64,000 nucleotides of DNA from Candidatus Marinacidobacterales bacterium (GCA_965237955.1 OZ250169.1:800001-864000); one strand, 5' to 3'. Numbered from the stretch's first letter, positions 17,896 to 28,722 are shown. The notes: generated by a model from the sequence alone, not told the origin. Translations and numbers: made by a program.

Positions 17896-20800
17896 TCAAT
17901 CGAGATATCTACCAGAGAGACCCCAGCCAGATCACTTTATTGAACAACGGCGTCGCGACCATGACGGACGCCTTGACCGATGACGAGCGCCTTACGCTAC
18001 GGTTCGAACTTGAGCACTTCGTCTGCGAAGGGGAATATCAGCGCGGCCTCGTTCGCATTCTCGATTCCTACGTCAGGAATCAGGGCCAACCCGAGCAGCA
18101 AGCCGCCTGGATCAGCGGGTTTTTCGGAAGTGGTAAGTCTCACCTCGCCAAAATGCTGCGCTTCCTCTGGACGGACTACACGTTCCCGGAAGACGGCGCG
18201 ACTGCGCGCGGCCTAGCACGGTTGCCGAACGATGTGCGGGACCTGCTGAAAGAGATTTCGACCCTGGGCAAGCGGGGTCACCGGTTGCATGCTGCAGCAG
18301 GAACTCTTGGCGCTGGAGCCGGAGACAGCGTGCGGCTCGCGCTTCTCGGAATCGTGTTCAAGTCCGCCGAGCTCCCTGAGAGTTATCCCCAGGCGCGCTT
18401 CTGTCTTTGGCTGAAGAAGAACAACATCTACGATCAAGTCTGCGCCGCAGTCGAAGCGGAAGGCAGGGAGTTTCGACGCGAGCTGAACGACCTCTACGTC
18501 AGCCCGCTGATCGCCAAAGCGTTGCTCGCATCCGACTCGAACTTCGCCGCCAACGAGAAGGAAGCCAAGTCCGCATTGCGCGCCCAGTTTCCGAAACCCA
18601 AGGACATCACCACCGATGAGTTCACGAGTGCCTTGCAGGAGGCCCTGGCATTCACCGGCAAAATGCCTTGCACGGTCATCATTCTTGACGAGGTGCAGCA
18701 GTACATTGGTGACGACTCCAGCCGATCCTACATCGTGCAGGAGGTAGTGGAGGCCTGCAGCAAACGATTCGGTGACCGCGTGCTCTTCCTCGGCACGGGC
18801 CAAACGGCCCTGTCCGGGACACCGGCATTGCAACGCCTGCAGGGCCGCTTCACGGTCAACGTGGAACTCTCGGACAACGACGTCGAGACGGTCACCCGGC
18901 GGGTCGTGCTGGCGAAGCGCCCGGACCGTGTGAACAACGTCACATCCACACTGGAATCCAATGCCGGCGAACTCGACCGCCACTTGGTCGGCACCGCAAT
19001 CGGCCCGCGCAGCGAGGACAAGTCTATTCTCGTGGAGGACTATCCGTTACTGCCCGTGCGACGACGTTTCTGGGAGCACACGCTACGCGCGGTTGATCGC
19101 GCGGGCACGGCGGGGCAACTCCGCACGCAGCTGCGGATCGTCTACGACGCAATCCGATGTACAGCTGAAGAACCGCTTGGCACTGTGGTGCCGGCGGATT
19201 TCCTGTTCGAGGAGATCTCCGCCAACTTGCTGCAGTCCGGTGTGCTGCTGCGCGAGGTCAACGAGACTATCATCGCGCAGGACGACGGGACGCCCGAGGG
19301 GCAACTCAAGTCCCGTCTATGTGCCTTGGTCTTTCTGATCCGCAAACTGCCCCGGGACGCTGGCATGAACATCGGCGTTCGCGCCACGACGGAAACCCTT
19401 GCGGATTTGCTGGTGAAGGACTTGGCCAAGGATGGCTCCGCGCTGCGCGGTCAGCTTCCGAAGCTGTTGGACGATCTGGTTGCCACCGGCACGTTGATGA
19501 AGCTGGACGACGAATTCAGCCTGCAGACGCGCGCGAGCAGCGAGTGGGAAGCCGAGTTCCGCAATCGGCAAACCAGGCTTGTCAACGATCCCACCAGAAT
19601 GAGCGACAAGCGTGCTCAGCTATTGGGTGCTGCGGTTCAGGATGCTATCGGGTCCGTAAAGCTGCTGCATGGCGAGTGTAAGGAGCCCAGAAAACTCGCG
19701 TTGCACTTCGGCACCGAACCACCGCCAAGCACCGCGCACGAGATCCCGATGTGGATCCGTGATGGGTGGGGCGCTGATGAGAGGAGCGTGATCGCCGATG
19801 CGCGTGCGGCCGGATCAGACAGCCCGATGATCCATGTGTTTATACCTAAGTCTCGCGCTGATGCGCTCGCCCGTGTCATTGCTTCACAGAGCGCGGCTAA
19901 AGACACGCGAGAATACAAGGGTGTGCCGTCGAGCCCTGAGGGTATCGAGGCGCGTCAAGGCATGGAAACGCGGCTGACTGAAGCGGTCAATAATCTGCGG
20001 GCACTGGTCGCTGAAGTGATCGATGGCACAAAGGTGTTTCAGGGCGGTGGTACCGAGCGGTTGGAGGCCTCCCTGCTGGACAGGGTCAGGAAAGCGGCCG
20101 ACGCGTCTCTTGACCGTCTCTTCTATGACTTCAAGGACGCCGACGATCATCGATGGCCGAAAGTCATCGAACGCGCTCGTAAAGGTGCCGAGCACCCTCT
20201 GGAGGCACTGGACTACAACGGTAAGACCGAAGATCACCCTGTCTGCTCAGCCGTGCTGTCCTTCGTGGGTTCCGGTAAGAAGGGTAAGGACGTGCGCGCT
20301 CACTTCTCGGACCCGCCTTACGGCTGGTCGCGCGATGCGGTCGATGCCGCGCTCATCAGCCTCTTCGGCACCGGGCATCTGCGGGCAACGGCCAACGGTA
20401 CGCCGCTCAAGCCGCGGCAGCTTGACCAGGCGAAGGTGTCGAGCACGGACTTCCGCGTCGAGAGCGCGACCATCGACACCCGTCAACGCCTCAAGGTACG
20501 CAAGCTGTTCCAGACGGTCGGAGTTGCCTGCAAACCGAACGAAGAGGCGGTGGCCGCCGGAGAGTTCCTGACTCGCTTAAGCGAGCTAGCCCGTGGCGCC
20601 GGCGGTGAAGACCCGCTACCCGAGCGCCCTGACACACATCACCTGCTGGACCTTCAATCGCTCGCCGGCAACGAGCAGTTGGTCGGCATCCTTGACCTGC
20701 ACGGTGAGCTCATAAAAAATATCGGAGACTGGGTCAAGGCGTGCGATCTGGCCGAGAAGCGCCTGCCAACCTACACGCGTTTAGTGTCATTGGCTCGGCA

Positions 20801-21335
20801 TGCAGACGAGCTGGAATCTGCGAAAGAAGCGCAACTTCAGATCGAGGCCATCACGACCAACCGCAGCCTGCTCGATGCGACGGATCCAGTGCCCAACCTC
20901 ACTAAGATACTCGCGGATGCACTGCGCTCGACTCTTGTGCAAGCGGAGAAGCACTACTCTGAAATCTACGGTGAGGAGCGGCAGCGCCTAGAGGCCGCCG
21001 AGAGCTGGCAGAAGATCAACCAAGCGGACCGTGATCGGATTCTCAAGGAACTGCATATCGAGAAAATCACGAAAGGCGCGACCGGCACCGAGCAGGAGGT
21101 GCTGGAATCTCTCGAACGGATTTCCTTTGACGCTTGGCGAACGTGCACCGCGGCGCTGCCCCAGATCTTTGCGGACGCCCGCGTTCAGGCCGACAAGCTC
21201 GTCGAGCCGAAGACACATCACGTCAAGCTCGGCAGCGCCACCCTCCGTTCACCAGAAGAGGTAACAGCTTGGGTTGAAAAGACCGAGCAGGACCTGCTCG
21301 AGCACCTCAAGCAAGGCCCTATCGTGGTGTCGTAG
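17892..21335 (+). CDS. brxC: BREX P-loop ATPase BrxC
   Basis: WISGFFGSGKSH, ILDEVQQY, YPLLP. Confidence 0.92.
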   Translation: MINRDIYQRDPSQITLLNNGVATMTDALTDDERLTLRFELEHFVCEGEYQRGLVRILDSYVRNQGQPEQQAAWISGFFGSGKSHLAKMLRFLWTDYTFPEDGATARGLARLPNDVRDLLKEISTLGKRGHRLHAAAGTLGAGAGDSVRLALLGIVFKSAELPESYPQARFCLWLKKNNIYDQVCAAVEAEGREFRRELNDLYVSPLIAKALLASDSNFAANEKEAKSALRAQFPKPKDITTDEFTSALQEALAFTGKMPCTVIILDEVQQYIGDDSSRSYIVQEVVEACSKRFGDRVLFLGTGQTALSGTPALQRLQGRFTVNVELSDNDVETVTRRVVLAKRPDRVNNVTSTLESNAGELDRHLVGTAIGPRSEDKSILVEDYPLLPVRRRFWEHTLRAVDRAGTAGQLRTQLRIVYDAIRCTAEEPLGTVVPADFLFEEISANLLQSGVLLREVNETIIAQDDGTPEGQLKSRLCALVFLIRKLPRDAGMNIGVRATTETLADLLVKDLAKDGSALRGQLPKLLDDLVATGTLMKLDDEFSLQTRASSEWEAEFRNRQTRLVNDPTRMSDKRAQLLGAAVQDAIGSVKLLHGECKEPRKLALHFGTEPPPSTAHEIPMWIRDGWGADERSVIADARAAGSDSPMIHVFIPKSRADALARVIASQSAAKDTREYKGVPSSPEGIEARQGMETRLTEAVNNLRALVAEVIDGTKVFQGGGTERLEASLLDRVRKAADASLDRLFYDFKDADDHRWPKVIERARKGAEHPLEALDYNGKTEDHPVCSAVLSFVGSGKKGKDVRAHFSDPPYGWSRDAVDAALISLFGTGHLRATANGTPLKPRQLDQAKVSSTDFRVESATIDTRQRLKVRKLFQTVGVACKPNEEAVAAGEFLTRLSELARGAGGEDPLPERPDTHHLLDLQSLAGNEQLVGILDLHGELIKNIGDWVKACDLAEKRLPTYTRLVSLARHADELESAKEAQLQIEAITTNRSLLDATDPVPNLTKILADALRSTLVQAEKHYSEIYGEERQRLEAAESWQKINQADRDRILKELHIEKITKGATGTEQEVLESLERISFDAWRTCTAALPQIFADARVQADKLVEPKTHHVKLGSATLRSPEEVTAWVEKTEQDLLEHLKQGPIVVS

Positions 21336-21343
21336 GAACGGAA

Positions 21344-24300
21344 ATGAAGACACTTTCCACTGAGTTTCGCAGACAGCTTGAGCGCACGGTCATCGAAGCG
21401 AGAGATGTGGCCGAGGGCGGCGCCCGCGTTGCGCTAGAGGCGCTCGCTGTGCACCACTACGAGCCCTACGAGCACATGGCGTCGGGCCAGCGTACGCTGA
21501 GTCGGAGACTGCGCGCACACGCCCGCCAGCTTGGTGACCGTCGCGATACGAGCTCGGGCGGTCATGGGATCGATCATCTCATGCACGAGTGTGCCTATGA
21601 GCACTGGCACGGCATGCTGTTCGCCCGCTTTCTCGCCGAGAACGATCTGCTCATAGAACCGGCGATGGGAGTCGCCATTTCCATGAAGGAGTGCGAAGAA
21701 CTGGCCAGGGAGAAAGGCGTCGACAAGTGGGAGCTCGCCGCGCGCTTCGCCCACCATATGTTGCCTCAAGTGTTCAGACCGGACCATCCGGTATTCGAGG
21801 TTCAGTTTGCGCGGGAACACCGGTTGAAACTGGAGGGCCTAGTCGAGGGACTGCCGTCGGATGTGTTCAAGGCGACCGACTCTCTCGGCTGGGTTTACCA
21901 ATTCTGGCAGTCCAAGAACAAGAACGAGGTCAACCGTTCCGAAGTCAAAATCGGTGCGGCCGAGCTGCCGGCGGTGACCCAGCTCTTCACCGAGCCCTAC
22001 ATGGTGCAGTTCCTGCTGCACAACTCGCTGGGGGCGTGGTGGGTCAGTCGACACCCGGATACGCGGTGTCCACTGGAGTTGACTTACCTGCGCAAGACTG
22101 AAGGCGGTGTGCCCGCCGCGGGCGGATTCGAGGGCTGGCCCGACGATCTCTCAGAACTTCGTCTGCTCGACCCGTGCTGCGGTTCGGGACACTTCCTGGT
22201 CGCGGCGTTCTTAATGTTGGTTCCCTTGCGCATGGTGCTGGAGGATCTCAGTGCCGCCGAGGCGGTGGGCGCCGTGCTTCGCGACAACCTGCACGGGCTG
22301 GAGTTGGACCAGCGTTGCGTGGAGATTGCGGCTTTCTCAATCGCCCTGGCCGCTTGGACCTATCCTGGCGCAGGCGGGTATCGAACTCTGCCGGAGCTGA
22401 ACCTCGCCTGCTCGGGGCTGGCGCCCAACACGGCGAAGGAACAGTGGCTCGCGTTGGCGGAGCTGGCCGCGGCCGCTGGCGGGATGCCGCCGGAGCGGGA
22501 CCTGTTCGGTGTCGACGACTCGCTGCTCTCCGCCCCGCTCCGCAACAGCCTGGACGCGCTCTACGATCTGTTCGCACAGGCGCCGGAACTCGGTTCGCTC
22601 ATCGACCCGAGCACGCTGAAGGGCAACCTCCTCCAGAGCAGCTTCGAGTCGGTGCGGGTATTGCTGGCAAAAGTGCTGGAACGAGAGCGAACGAACGATG
22701 AGCAGACCGAGCGCGCCGTGGCCGCGCAGGGGATGGCGCGCGCAACAGAGTTGCTGGCCGAACGGTACCACTGGGTGATCACCAACGTGCCCTACCTCTT
22801 CCGCGGCAAGCAGGGCGAAAGGCTGCGGGCCTTCTGTGAACAGCGTTACCCCGCCGCAAAGAACGATCTGGCCACCGTGTTCCTGGAGCGCTGCCTGGAG
22901 CTGTGCGCCGAGGGCGGAACTGCCAGTCTCGTGCTGCCTCAGAACTGGCTGTTTCTCAGCAGCTACCGAAAGCTCCGGGAGAAGCTCCTGAAGACAGAGA
23001 CTTGGCATCTGCTCGCCCGGTTGGGACCAAGAGCCTTCGAAACCATCAATGGAGAGGTCGTCAAGGCGATTTTGCTCACCCTGAGCCGCAGTCATCCCAG
23101 CCACCGTCCAGGCGACGTGTTCGGCGAATCAACGGCCGGCAATACGATGTACAGTCTGGACGTCTCCGAATCCCGCACCGCCAGCGAGAAAGCTGCGCGG
23201 TTGTCGGAGGTGGAGACAACAGGGCGCCTGCAGCGGGAATACTTGCGGAATCCGCACCAAGTCATTTCATCCGATAGTCTCCCAAAAGGAGAGTTGCTGG
23301 CTAACTTTGCTGACTATGGCAAGGGCAGCACGACCGGCGACAGTCCAAGATTCTTGGCGTATTTCTGGGAGTTCTCCGCCACTGCGTCGCATCATGTTAA
23401 ATGGCTCAACTCGCCAAGCAAAAAGGGATGGTCCGGGCGGATGCAAGTCTGCAAGGTACCATTGACCGATGCGAATCTGACCGCACAGAGGGGCTGTAGG
23501 ATACACGGCCGTCGGGTCTTTGGGAGGACCGGAGTAGCGGTCAACAAGATGCGACGATTAGAGCCTTTTCTCTACGCAGGAGAAGTTTTTGACGACAATG
23601 TGTGCCCAATCTCGCCGAGGAATGTCGGTCTTAACGCTGCTGTTTGGTCGTATGTTCAATCAGACCAGTATCACGACAATGTGCGAGCCATCGACCAGCA
23701 ACTGAAGGTCACAGCTGCGACTCTGACGAGGATTCCCTTTGACCTCGACCACTGGACCAAAGTCGCCGAAACAAGATATCCGAACGGCCTGCCCGATCCC
23801 TACTCCGACGACCCGACCCAATGGATATTCCACGGTCACCCCGGCGGGTCCGTAGTCTGGGACGAGACGGAGAAGCGAACCGCTCACGGCCCGCTCCGCA
23901 CCGATCCCACAGTGTTGCAGATCGCCATCGCCCGTCTGCTAGGCTACCGCTGGCCAACGGAAAGCGACCCAGGCATGGAGCTGGCCGATGAGCAACGCCA
24001 ATGGGTGCGGCGCTGCGAAGCATTGCTGTACTGCGCGGACGAGGACGGCATCGTCTGCATTCAGTCGGTACGGGGCGAGCCACCCGCCGGGGAGCGGTTG
24101 CTGCAGCTGCTGGACGCCACCTTCGGCGACGACTGGAACGACAGCGTGCTCACCACACTGCTCGCGGAGACTGGCAGCCCGAACCTCGACGACTGGCTGC
24201 GCAATAGCTTTTTCGAACAGCACTGCAAGCTTTTCCATCATCGTCCGTTTGTATGGCATATCTGGGACGGTCGCAAACGCGACGGTTTCCACGCCTTGGT

Positions 24301-24814
24301 CAACTATCACAAGCTGGCAGAGAATGACGGTAAAGGCCGGCGCCTACTGGAGTCTCTGACCTACAGTTACCTTGGCGACTGGATCGCCCGGCAGCAGGAC
24401 GGCGTGAAACACGGTGAGGACGGTGCCGAGGATCGCCTGGCCGCAGCGCTGGAGTTGCAGAAACGGCTCATCGCCATCCTCGAAGGCGAGCCGCCCTTCG
24501 ATATCTTCATCCGCTGGAAACCGGTCGAGGAGCAGCCCATCGGCTGGGAGCCGGACATCAATGACGGTATTCGGCTCAACATCCGCCCCTTCATGGCGCA
24601 GGACCTCCCCCGCGGAAAGGAAGGCGCCGGCATCCTACGGGCCAAGCCGAACACCCATTGGAGGAAAGATCGTGGCAAAGAGCCTTTGCGCGAGCAGGAG
24701 CAGTTCCCCTGGTTTTGGAAGGGCGACAAGTTCACCGGGGAGCGGGTCAACCACGTGCACCTTGCTATCGCCGAGAAACGCGCCACCCGCGACCGTGAAG
24801 GGGGGAAATCATGA
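21344..24814 (+). CDS. pglX: BREX adenine methyltransferase PglX
   Basis: TQLFTEPYMV, LDPCCGSGHF, NVPY catalytic motif, HRPFVWHI, DINDGIRLN. Confidence 0.9.
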   Translation: MKTLSTEFRRQLERTVIEARDVAEGGARVALEALAVHHYEPYEHMASGQRTLSRRLRAHARQLGDRRDTSSGGHGIDHLMHECAYEHWHGMLFARFLAENDLLIEPAMGVAISMKECEELAREKGVDKWELAARFAHHMLPQVFRPDHPVFEVQFAREHRLKLEGLVEGLPSDVFKATDSLGWVYQFWQSKNKNEVNRSEVKIGAAELPAVTQLFTEPYMVQFLLHNSLGAWWVSRHPDTRCPLELTYLRKTEGGVPAAGGFEGWPDDLSELRLLDPCCGSGHFLVAAFLMLVPLRMVLEDLSAAEAVGAVLRDNLHGLELDQRCVEIAAFSIALAAWTYPGAGGYRTLPELNLACSGLAPNTAKEQWLALAELAAAAGGMPPERDLFGVDDSLLSAPLRNSLDALYDLFAQAPELGSLIDPSTLKGNLLQSSFESVRVLLAKVLERERTNDEQTERAVAAQGMARATELLAERYHWVITNVPYLFRGKQGERLRAFCEQRYPAAKNDLATVFLERCLELCAEGGTASLVLPQNWLFLSSYRKLREKLLKTETWHLLARLGPRAFETINGEVVKAILLTLSRSHPSHRPGDVFGESTAGNTMYSLDVSESRTASEKAARLSEVETTGRLQREYLRNPHQVISSDSLPKGELLANFADYGKGSTTGDSPRFLAYFWEFSATASHHVKWLNSPSKKGWSGRMQVCKVPLTDANLTAQRGCRIHGRRVFGRTGVAVNKMRRLEPFLYAGEVFDDNVCPISPRNVGLNAAVWSYVQSDQYHDNVRAIDQQLKVTAATLTRIPFDLDHWTKVAETRYPNGLPDPYSDDPTQWIFHGHPGGSVVWDETEKRTAHGPLRTDPTVLQIAIARLLGYRWPTESDPGMELADEQRQWVRRCEALLYCADEDGIVCIQSVRGEPPAGERLLQLLDATFGDDWNDSVLTTLLAETGSPNLDDWLRNSFFEQHCKLFHHRPFVWHIWDGRKRDGFHALVNYHKLAENDGKGRRLLESLTYSYLGDWIARQQDGVKHGEDGAEDRLAAALELQKRLIAILEGEPPFDIFIRWKPVEEQPIGWEPDINDGIRLNIRPFMAQDLPRGKEGAGILRAKPNTHWRKDRGKEPLREQEQFPWFWKGDKFTGERVNHVHLAIAEKRATRDREGGKS

Positions 24815-27465
24815 AGGAACCACACTACACCTATGCTCGGTTCTGGAAATGCGCCCTACAGGTTAATTCGCACGGTTACAGCGCGAACTATCGAGGGCAA
24901 GACCACGGCATGGATGCGAGCGCCTACGCCGAGGTGCTGCGGGACGTCTGTCTGGAAGAGGATATCCAGGTCGTAGGCCTTGCGGACCACGGTAGCGTCG
25001 AGGAGTCAGAGATAGTTCGCAAGGTGCTAGTGCAGCCCGGGATTGTGGTATTCCCCGGCTTCGAGGTGGCTACATCCGAGAAGGTGCACTGGGTATGCCT
25101 CTTCCCGGAGGAAACAACCTACCGTCAGTTGGAAGACTATTTGGTGCACCTAGGAAAACTTCACCGGGATGGTGCCGAGGAGAGGGCGCGCCCAGTAGAC
25201 CTAACCGGACAGCAACTGTTGTTCAAGGTGGCCGAGCTGCAGGGCTTCTGTTATGGGGCGCACGTCACATTGAACAATGGGCTACTCAAGGGGAAATTCA
25301 ACAATCTCTGGCGTGATGCCAAGCTGCGAGCAGCCCAGATCTCTGGAAAGATTACCGATCTTCCTCAAGCATATAAGCCTATCGTGCTGAATCAAAATCC
25401 CGACTACAAGCGCGACCATCCGGTGGCCTTGATCAACGCCAAGGATGTAGCGAAACCCGAAGATCTGCATGATCCGCGTGCATCGAGCTTCATTAAGATG
25501 ACGCGCCCCTGTTTCGCGTCCTTCCTGATGGCCTTCAAAGATTCGGAATCACGGGTGCGATTGGCCGACGACCTGCAGGAGCACTTCTACAGCCAGATCG
25601 AGAGCATTTCTATCGAAGGGGGCTACTTCGATGGCCTGTCGGCTGAGGTCTCTGGCCACTTGAATGCCGTCATCGGGGGACGCGGCACCGGAAAATCCAC
25701 CTTGCTGGAGTGCGTGAGATACGCGCTGGACGTCCCCCACAAGGGTGAGGATGCGATCAAGCAGGGCGACCAGATTGTGAAGGAGAACCTCGGCAAGGCG
25801 GGTGGCCGGGTCATCCTGAAGCTGCGCTCCGCGGCGAGCCACATGAAACCCTACACGGTCATCCGCCGTTACGGAGAGCCGACACGGGTGATCGACGAGC
25901 ACGGCGATGAATCGCGCCTTCATCCCGGCAGGGACCTGCTCCCTGGTGTAGAGATCTACGGGCAGAACGAGATTTATGAGTTGGCGAAGAGTCCTGGCGC
26001 GCTCACGCGCGTGCTGGACCGCTTCTTGCCCGAAAGCGCGGAGCAACAGTCGCGCCTCGACTCGGCATACCACAAGCTCAGGGAAAACAGCGAGCGGCTG
26101 GCCAAGGCACAGGAGCAAAAGGATGAAGTCGAGACGCAGATTGCACAGTTGCCGAAGCTTGAGGAGCAGGTGAGGCAATTCAAAGAGCAGGGACTGGAAG
26201 AGAAACTGAAGCAGGTGCCACTGCTGGAGAAGGAGCGGCAGCTGGGTCCGAGGATCCTTGAGGAGGCGAAGCGCACGCGCGCCGGTCAACGGCAGTTCGA
26301 GGAATCGCTGCCCGATCTGGTGTTCCTGAGCGACACGGTACTGGAAAGCTTGCCGCATGCCGAATTGCTCCAAAGCGGACGACAGCTCCTAGAAAATCTC
26401 GCTGCTACGTTGCGCCAGACACTTGGGGAGACCGACAAGGCCGTCGGTGAAGCCGAAACAGCACTCACCGTTCTTGTTGGGGAGCTTGGAAAGGCGCTGG
26501 AAACCTCCGAGGCGCAACTTGAGAAGGAGTTCGCCAAGCTGCCGGCAGTGGCGGGCAAGGATGGCAAGGAGATTGGGCGTGCCTACCAACGGCTGTTGCG
26601 CAAAATTGAGCAGGTAAGACCGGCACAGACGCGCATGAAGACAGTGGACACCCTCGTTAAGGAGCTGGAGCAGGCGCGTCGCAATCTGTTGGGGGAAATC
26701 TCGGATATCCGTAGCGCTCGCACTGGTGCAAAGCAGAAGGCGGTCAAGGGGCTCAATACGCGTCTTGCGGGCAAGCTGCGGATCACGATTGAGCTGGATG
26801 GCTTGCGTCAGCCGTTACGGGACTTCCTGCAAGGCTTGCCGGGCGTCGGGGACAGCAAGACCAAATGGGTAGATGAGGCACAGGACATGACCGTCATGGG
26901 TCTGGTCGCGGCCATTCGGGAGGGAAAGGATATGCTCCTGAGCAAGGGATGGGCTTTGACGTCCGGCCTTGCCGAGACTCTGAATCGGATGACGCCCGCA
27001 CAGCGCTATGCGTTGGAAGCCATCGACCTTGAAGATCGGGTGAGCCTCGAGCTCAACGTATCCCACACTGGCGCGCAGTATCGGTCCCTGGATCGCCTGT
27101 CTAGCGGGCAACAGTGCACGGCCATCCTGCACGTGTTGCTCCTCGACAACCCGGATCCTCTGATCATGGATCAGCCGGAGGACAACCTCGACAATGCCTT
27201 CATTGCCGAACGCATCGTGCAAGAGTTGCGCACCGCGAAAACGGAGCGGCAGTTCTTGTTCGCGACTCACAACGCCAACATCCCCGTCTTCGGCGATGCG
27301 GAGTGGATCGGAGTGTGCTCTGCCTCCGAGGACCGTGCCGAAATGCCGGTCGAGGCCCAAGGGTCCATCGACATTCCAGCGATTCGCGATCAGGTGGCGA
27401 GCATCTTGGAGGGCGGCAAGGAGGCCTTCATGCAACGCAAAGAGAAATACGGGTTCGACTACTGA
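24811..27465 (+). CDS. PHP-like domain plus SMC/ABC ATPase (TrlF/Ppl-like)
   Basis: GLADH, GFEV, VHW in the N-domain; GGRGTGKST, coiled coil, LSSGQ, DQPEDNLD, ATHNAN. Confidence 0.85.
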   Translation: MKEPHYTYARFWKCALQVNSHGYSANYRGQDHGMDASAYAEVLRDVCLEEDIQVVGLADHGSVEESEIVRKVLVQPGIVVFPGFEVATSEKVHWVCLFPEETTYRQLEDYLVHLGKLHRDGAEERARPVDLTGQQLLFKVAELQGFCYGAHVTLNNGLLKGKFNNLWRDAKLRAAQISGKITDLPQAYKPIVLNQNPDYKRDHPVALINAKDVAKPEDLHDPRASSFIKMTRPCFASFLMAFKDSESRVRLADDLQEHFYSQIESISIEGGYFDGLSAEVSGHLNAVIGGRGTGKSTLLECVRYALDVPHKGEDAIKQGDQIVKENLGKAGGRVILKLRSAASHMKPYTVIRRYGEPTRVIDEHGDESRLHPGRDLLPGVEIYGQNEIYELAKSPGALTRVLDRFLPESAEQQSRLDSAYHKLRENSERLAKAQEQKDEVETQIAQLPKLEEQVRQFKEQGLEEKLKQVPLLEKERQLGPRILEEAKRTRAGQRQFEESLPDLVFLSDTVLESLPHAELLQSGRQLLENLAATLRQTLGETDKAVGEAETALTVLVGELGKALETSEAQLEKEFAKLPAVAGKDGKEIGRAYQRLLRKIEQVRPAQTRMKTVDTLVKELEQARRNLLGEISDIRSARTGAKQKAVKGLNTRLAGKLRITIELDGLRQPLRDFLQGLPGVGDSKTKWVDEAQDMTVMGLVAAIREGKDMLLSKGWALTSGLAETLNRMTPAQRYALEAIDLEDRVSLELNVSHTGAQYRSLDRLSSGQQCTAILHVLLLDNPDPLIMDQPEDNLDNAFIAERIVQELRTAKTERQFLFATHNANIPVFGDAEWIGVCSASEDRAEMPVEAQGSIDIPAIRDQVASILEGGKEAFMQRKEKYGFDY

Positions 27466-28721
27466 TGACCAAGTCCGAGTTGCTTGAACTGATTGTCAAT
27501 GGCGAGAACTCTGGGGTCGAGTTCAAGCGTGATGACCTGCGCCCCGAGCCGTTGGCAAAGGAGGTTGTGGCGCTCGCCAATTTCCAGGGCGGCCGCATCC
27601 TGCTCGGGGTCGATGATGACGGAACGATCACAGGGATACAGCGGCCCGATCTCGAACGCTGGGTGATGGACACGGTGTTCGGCCGCACCGTGCACCCTAT
27701 GATTCTCCCGTTCTACGAAGAGATCCAGGTTGACGAGCAGCATCGGGTTGCGGTCATCACGATCAGCCAAGGCGCGACCAAGCCGTATGTTGTGCGCTAT
27801 CACGGCCGAGAGGACATCTATATCCGTATCGGCAGTACCTCGCAGCTTGCCTCACGCGAACAGCAGGCGCGGTTATACGCGGACGGAGGCATGCTTCACG
27901 CGGAGCTGCTTCCCGCATCGGGTAGTAGTCTGCGCGATCTGAGTCTGGAACGGTTGACCGACTATCTTTCAACGATTGTTGGGGACAAGACGCTCCCAGC
28001 ATCCGACGAGGCATGGGGCGAGCGCCTGTGTGGTTTGGGTTTCATGGTTGAGCGCCAAGATGGCCCACCACTATGCACCATCGCAGGGCTGGTTCTTTTT
28101 GGCCACGCGCCGCGTCAGCTTCTGCGCCAGTCCGGCGTCCGCTGGATGGCGTTCGAAAGCGAGAACAAGAGCTACAAGGCACTGGATGACAGGTTGATCG
28201 ATGGGCCACTCGTCGCTCTTCGGAAAGAGTCTGCAGGTGTCGGAAGCGTCATCGCCGAGAATGGATTGGTCGAGAGTCTGGTGGATGCCATGCGGCCATT
28301 CGTCTCGGAGGAGGCCGCCGAGGTGGATGTGTCCATGCGCCGGGCGCGCCGTTGGCTGTATCCTGTGGAGGCGCTACGCGAAGCAATCGTGAATTCTCTC
28401 GCTCACCGTGACTGGACGCGCTACGAGGAGATCGAGGTCGCGCGATATGTCGATCGTCTTGAGGTTCTGAGCCCCGGTGCGCTCCAGAACACGATGACGG
28501 TGGAGAAGATGGTTGCCGGACAGCGTTCCGCGCGCAACCCGTTGATCGTCGAGATCCTGCGCGACTACGGCTACGTGGACGCGAGGGGTATGGGGGTGCG
28601 CAATAAGATCATTCCGCTCTTGTCTGAGCATAACGGAACAGAGCCGGATTTCATTGCGACCGAGGATCATCTCAGGGTCGTCATGCACAGAGGCCCAGCA
28701 CAATCAGTGGGTGAAAGCTGA
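27465..28721 (+). CDS. Schlafen/AlbA_2 domain plus HATPase_c_4-like domain protein
   Basis: GENSGVEFK, ALANFQGGRILLGVDD; EAIVNSLAHRD, SPG, RNPLI, RGMG; TGATG coupling to the upstream gene. Confidence 0.85.
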   Translation: MTKSELLELIVNGENSGVEFKRDDLRPEPLAKEVVALANFQGGRILLGVDDDGTITGIQRPDLERWVMDTVFGRTVHPMILPFYEEIQVDEQHRVAVITISQGATKPYVVRYHGREDIYIRIGSTSQLASREQQARLYADGGMLHAELLPASGSSLRDLSLERLTDYLSTIVGDKTLPASDEAWGERLCGLGFMVERQDGPPLCTIAGLVLFGHAPRQLLRQSGVRWMAFESENKSYKALDDRLIDGPLVALRKESAGVGSVIAENGLVESLVDAMRPFVSEEAAEVDVSMRRARRWLYPVEALREAIVNSLAHRDWTRYEEIEVARYVDRLEVLSPGALQNTMTVEKMVAGQRSARNPLIVEILRDYGYVDARGMGVRNKIIPLLSEHNGTEPDFIATEDHLRVVMHRGPAQSVGES

Positions 28722-28722
28722 T

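Noticed and set aside
27114-27464. N-terminal extension of the 535-aa ORF
   Set aside because: Overlaps the ATPase gene; the AlbA_2 domain starts at the coupled ATG 27465
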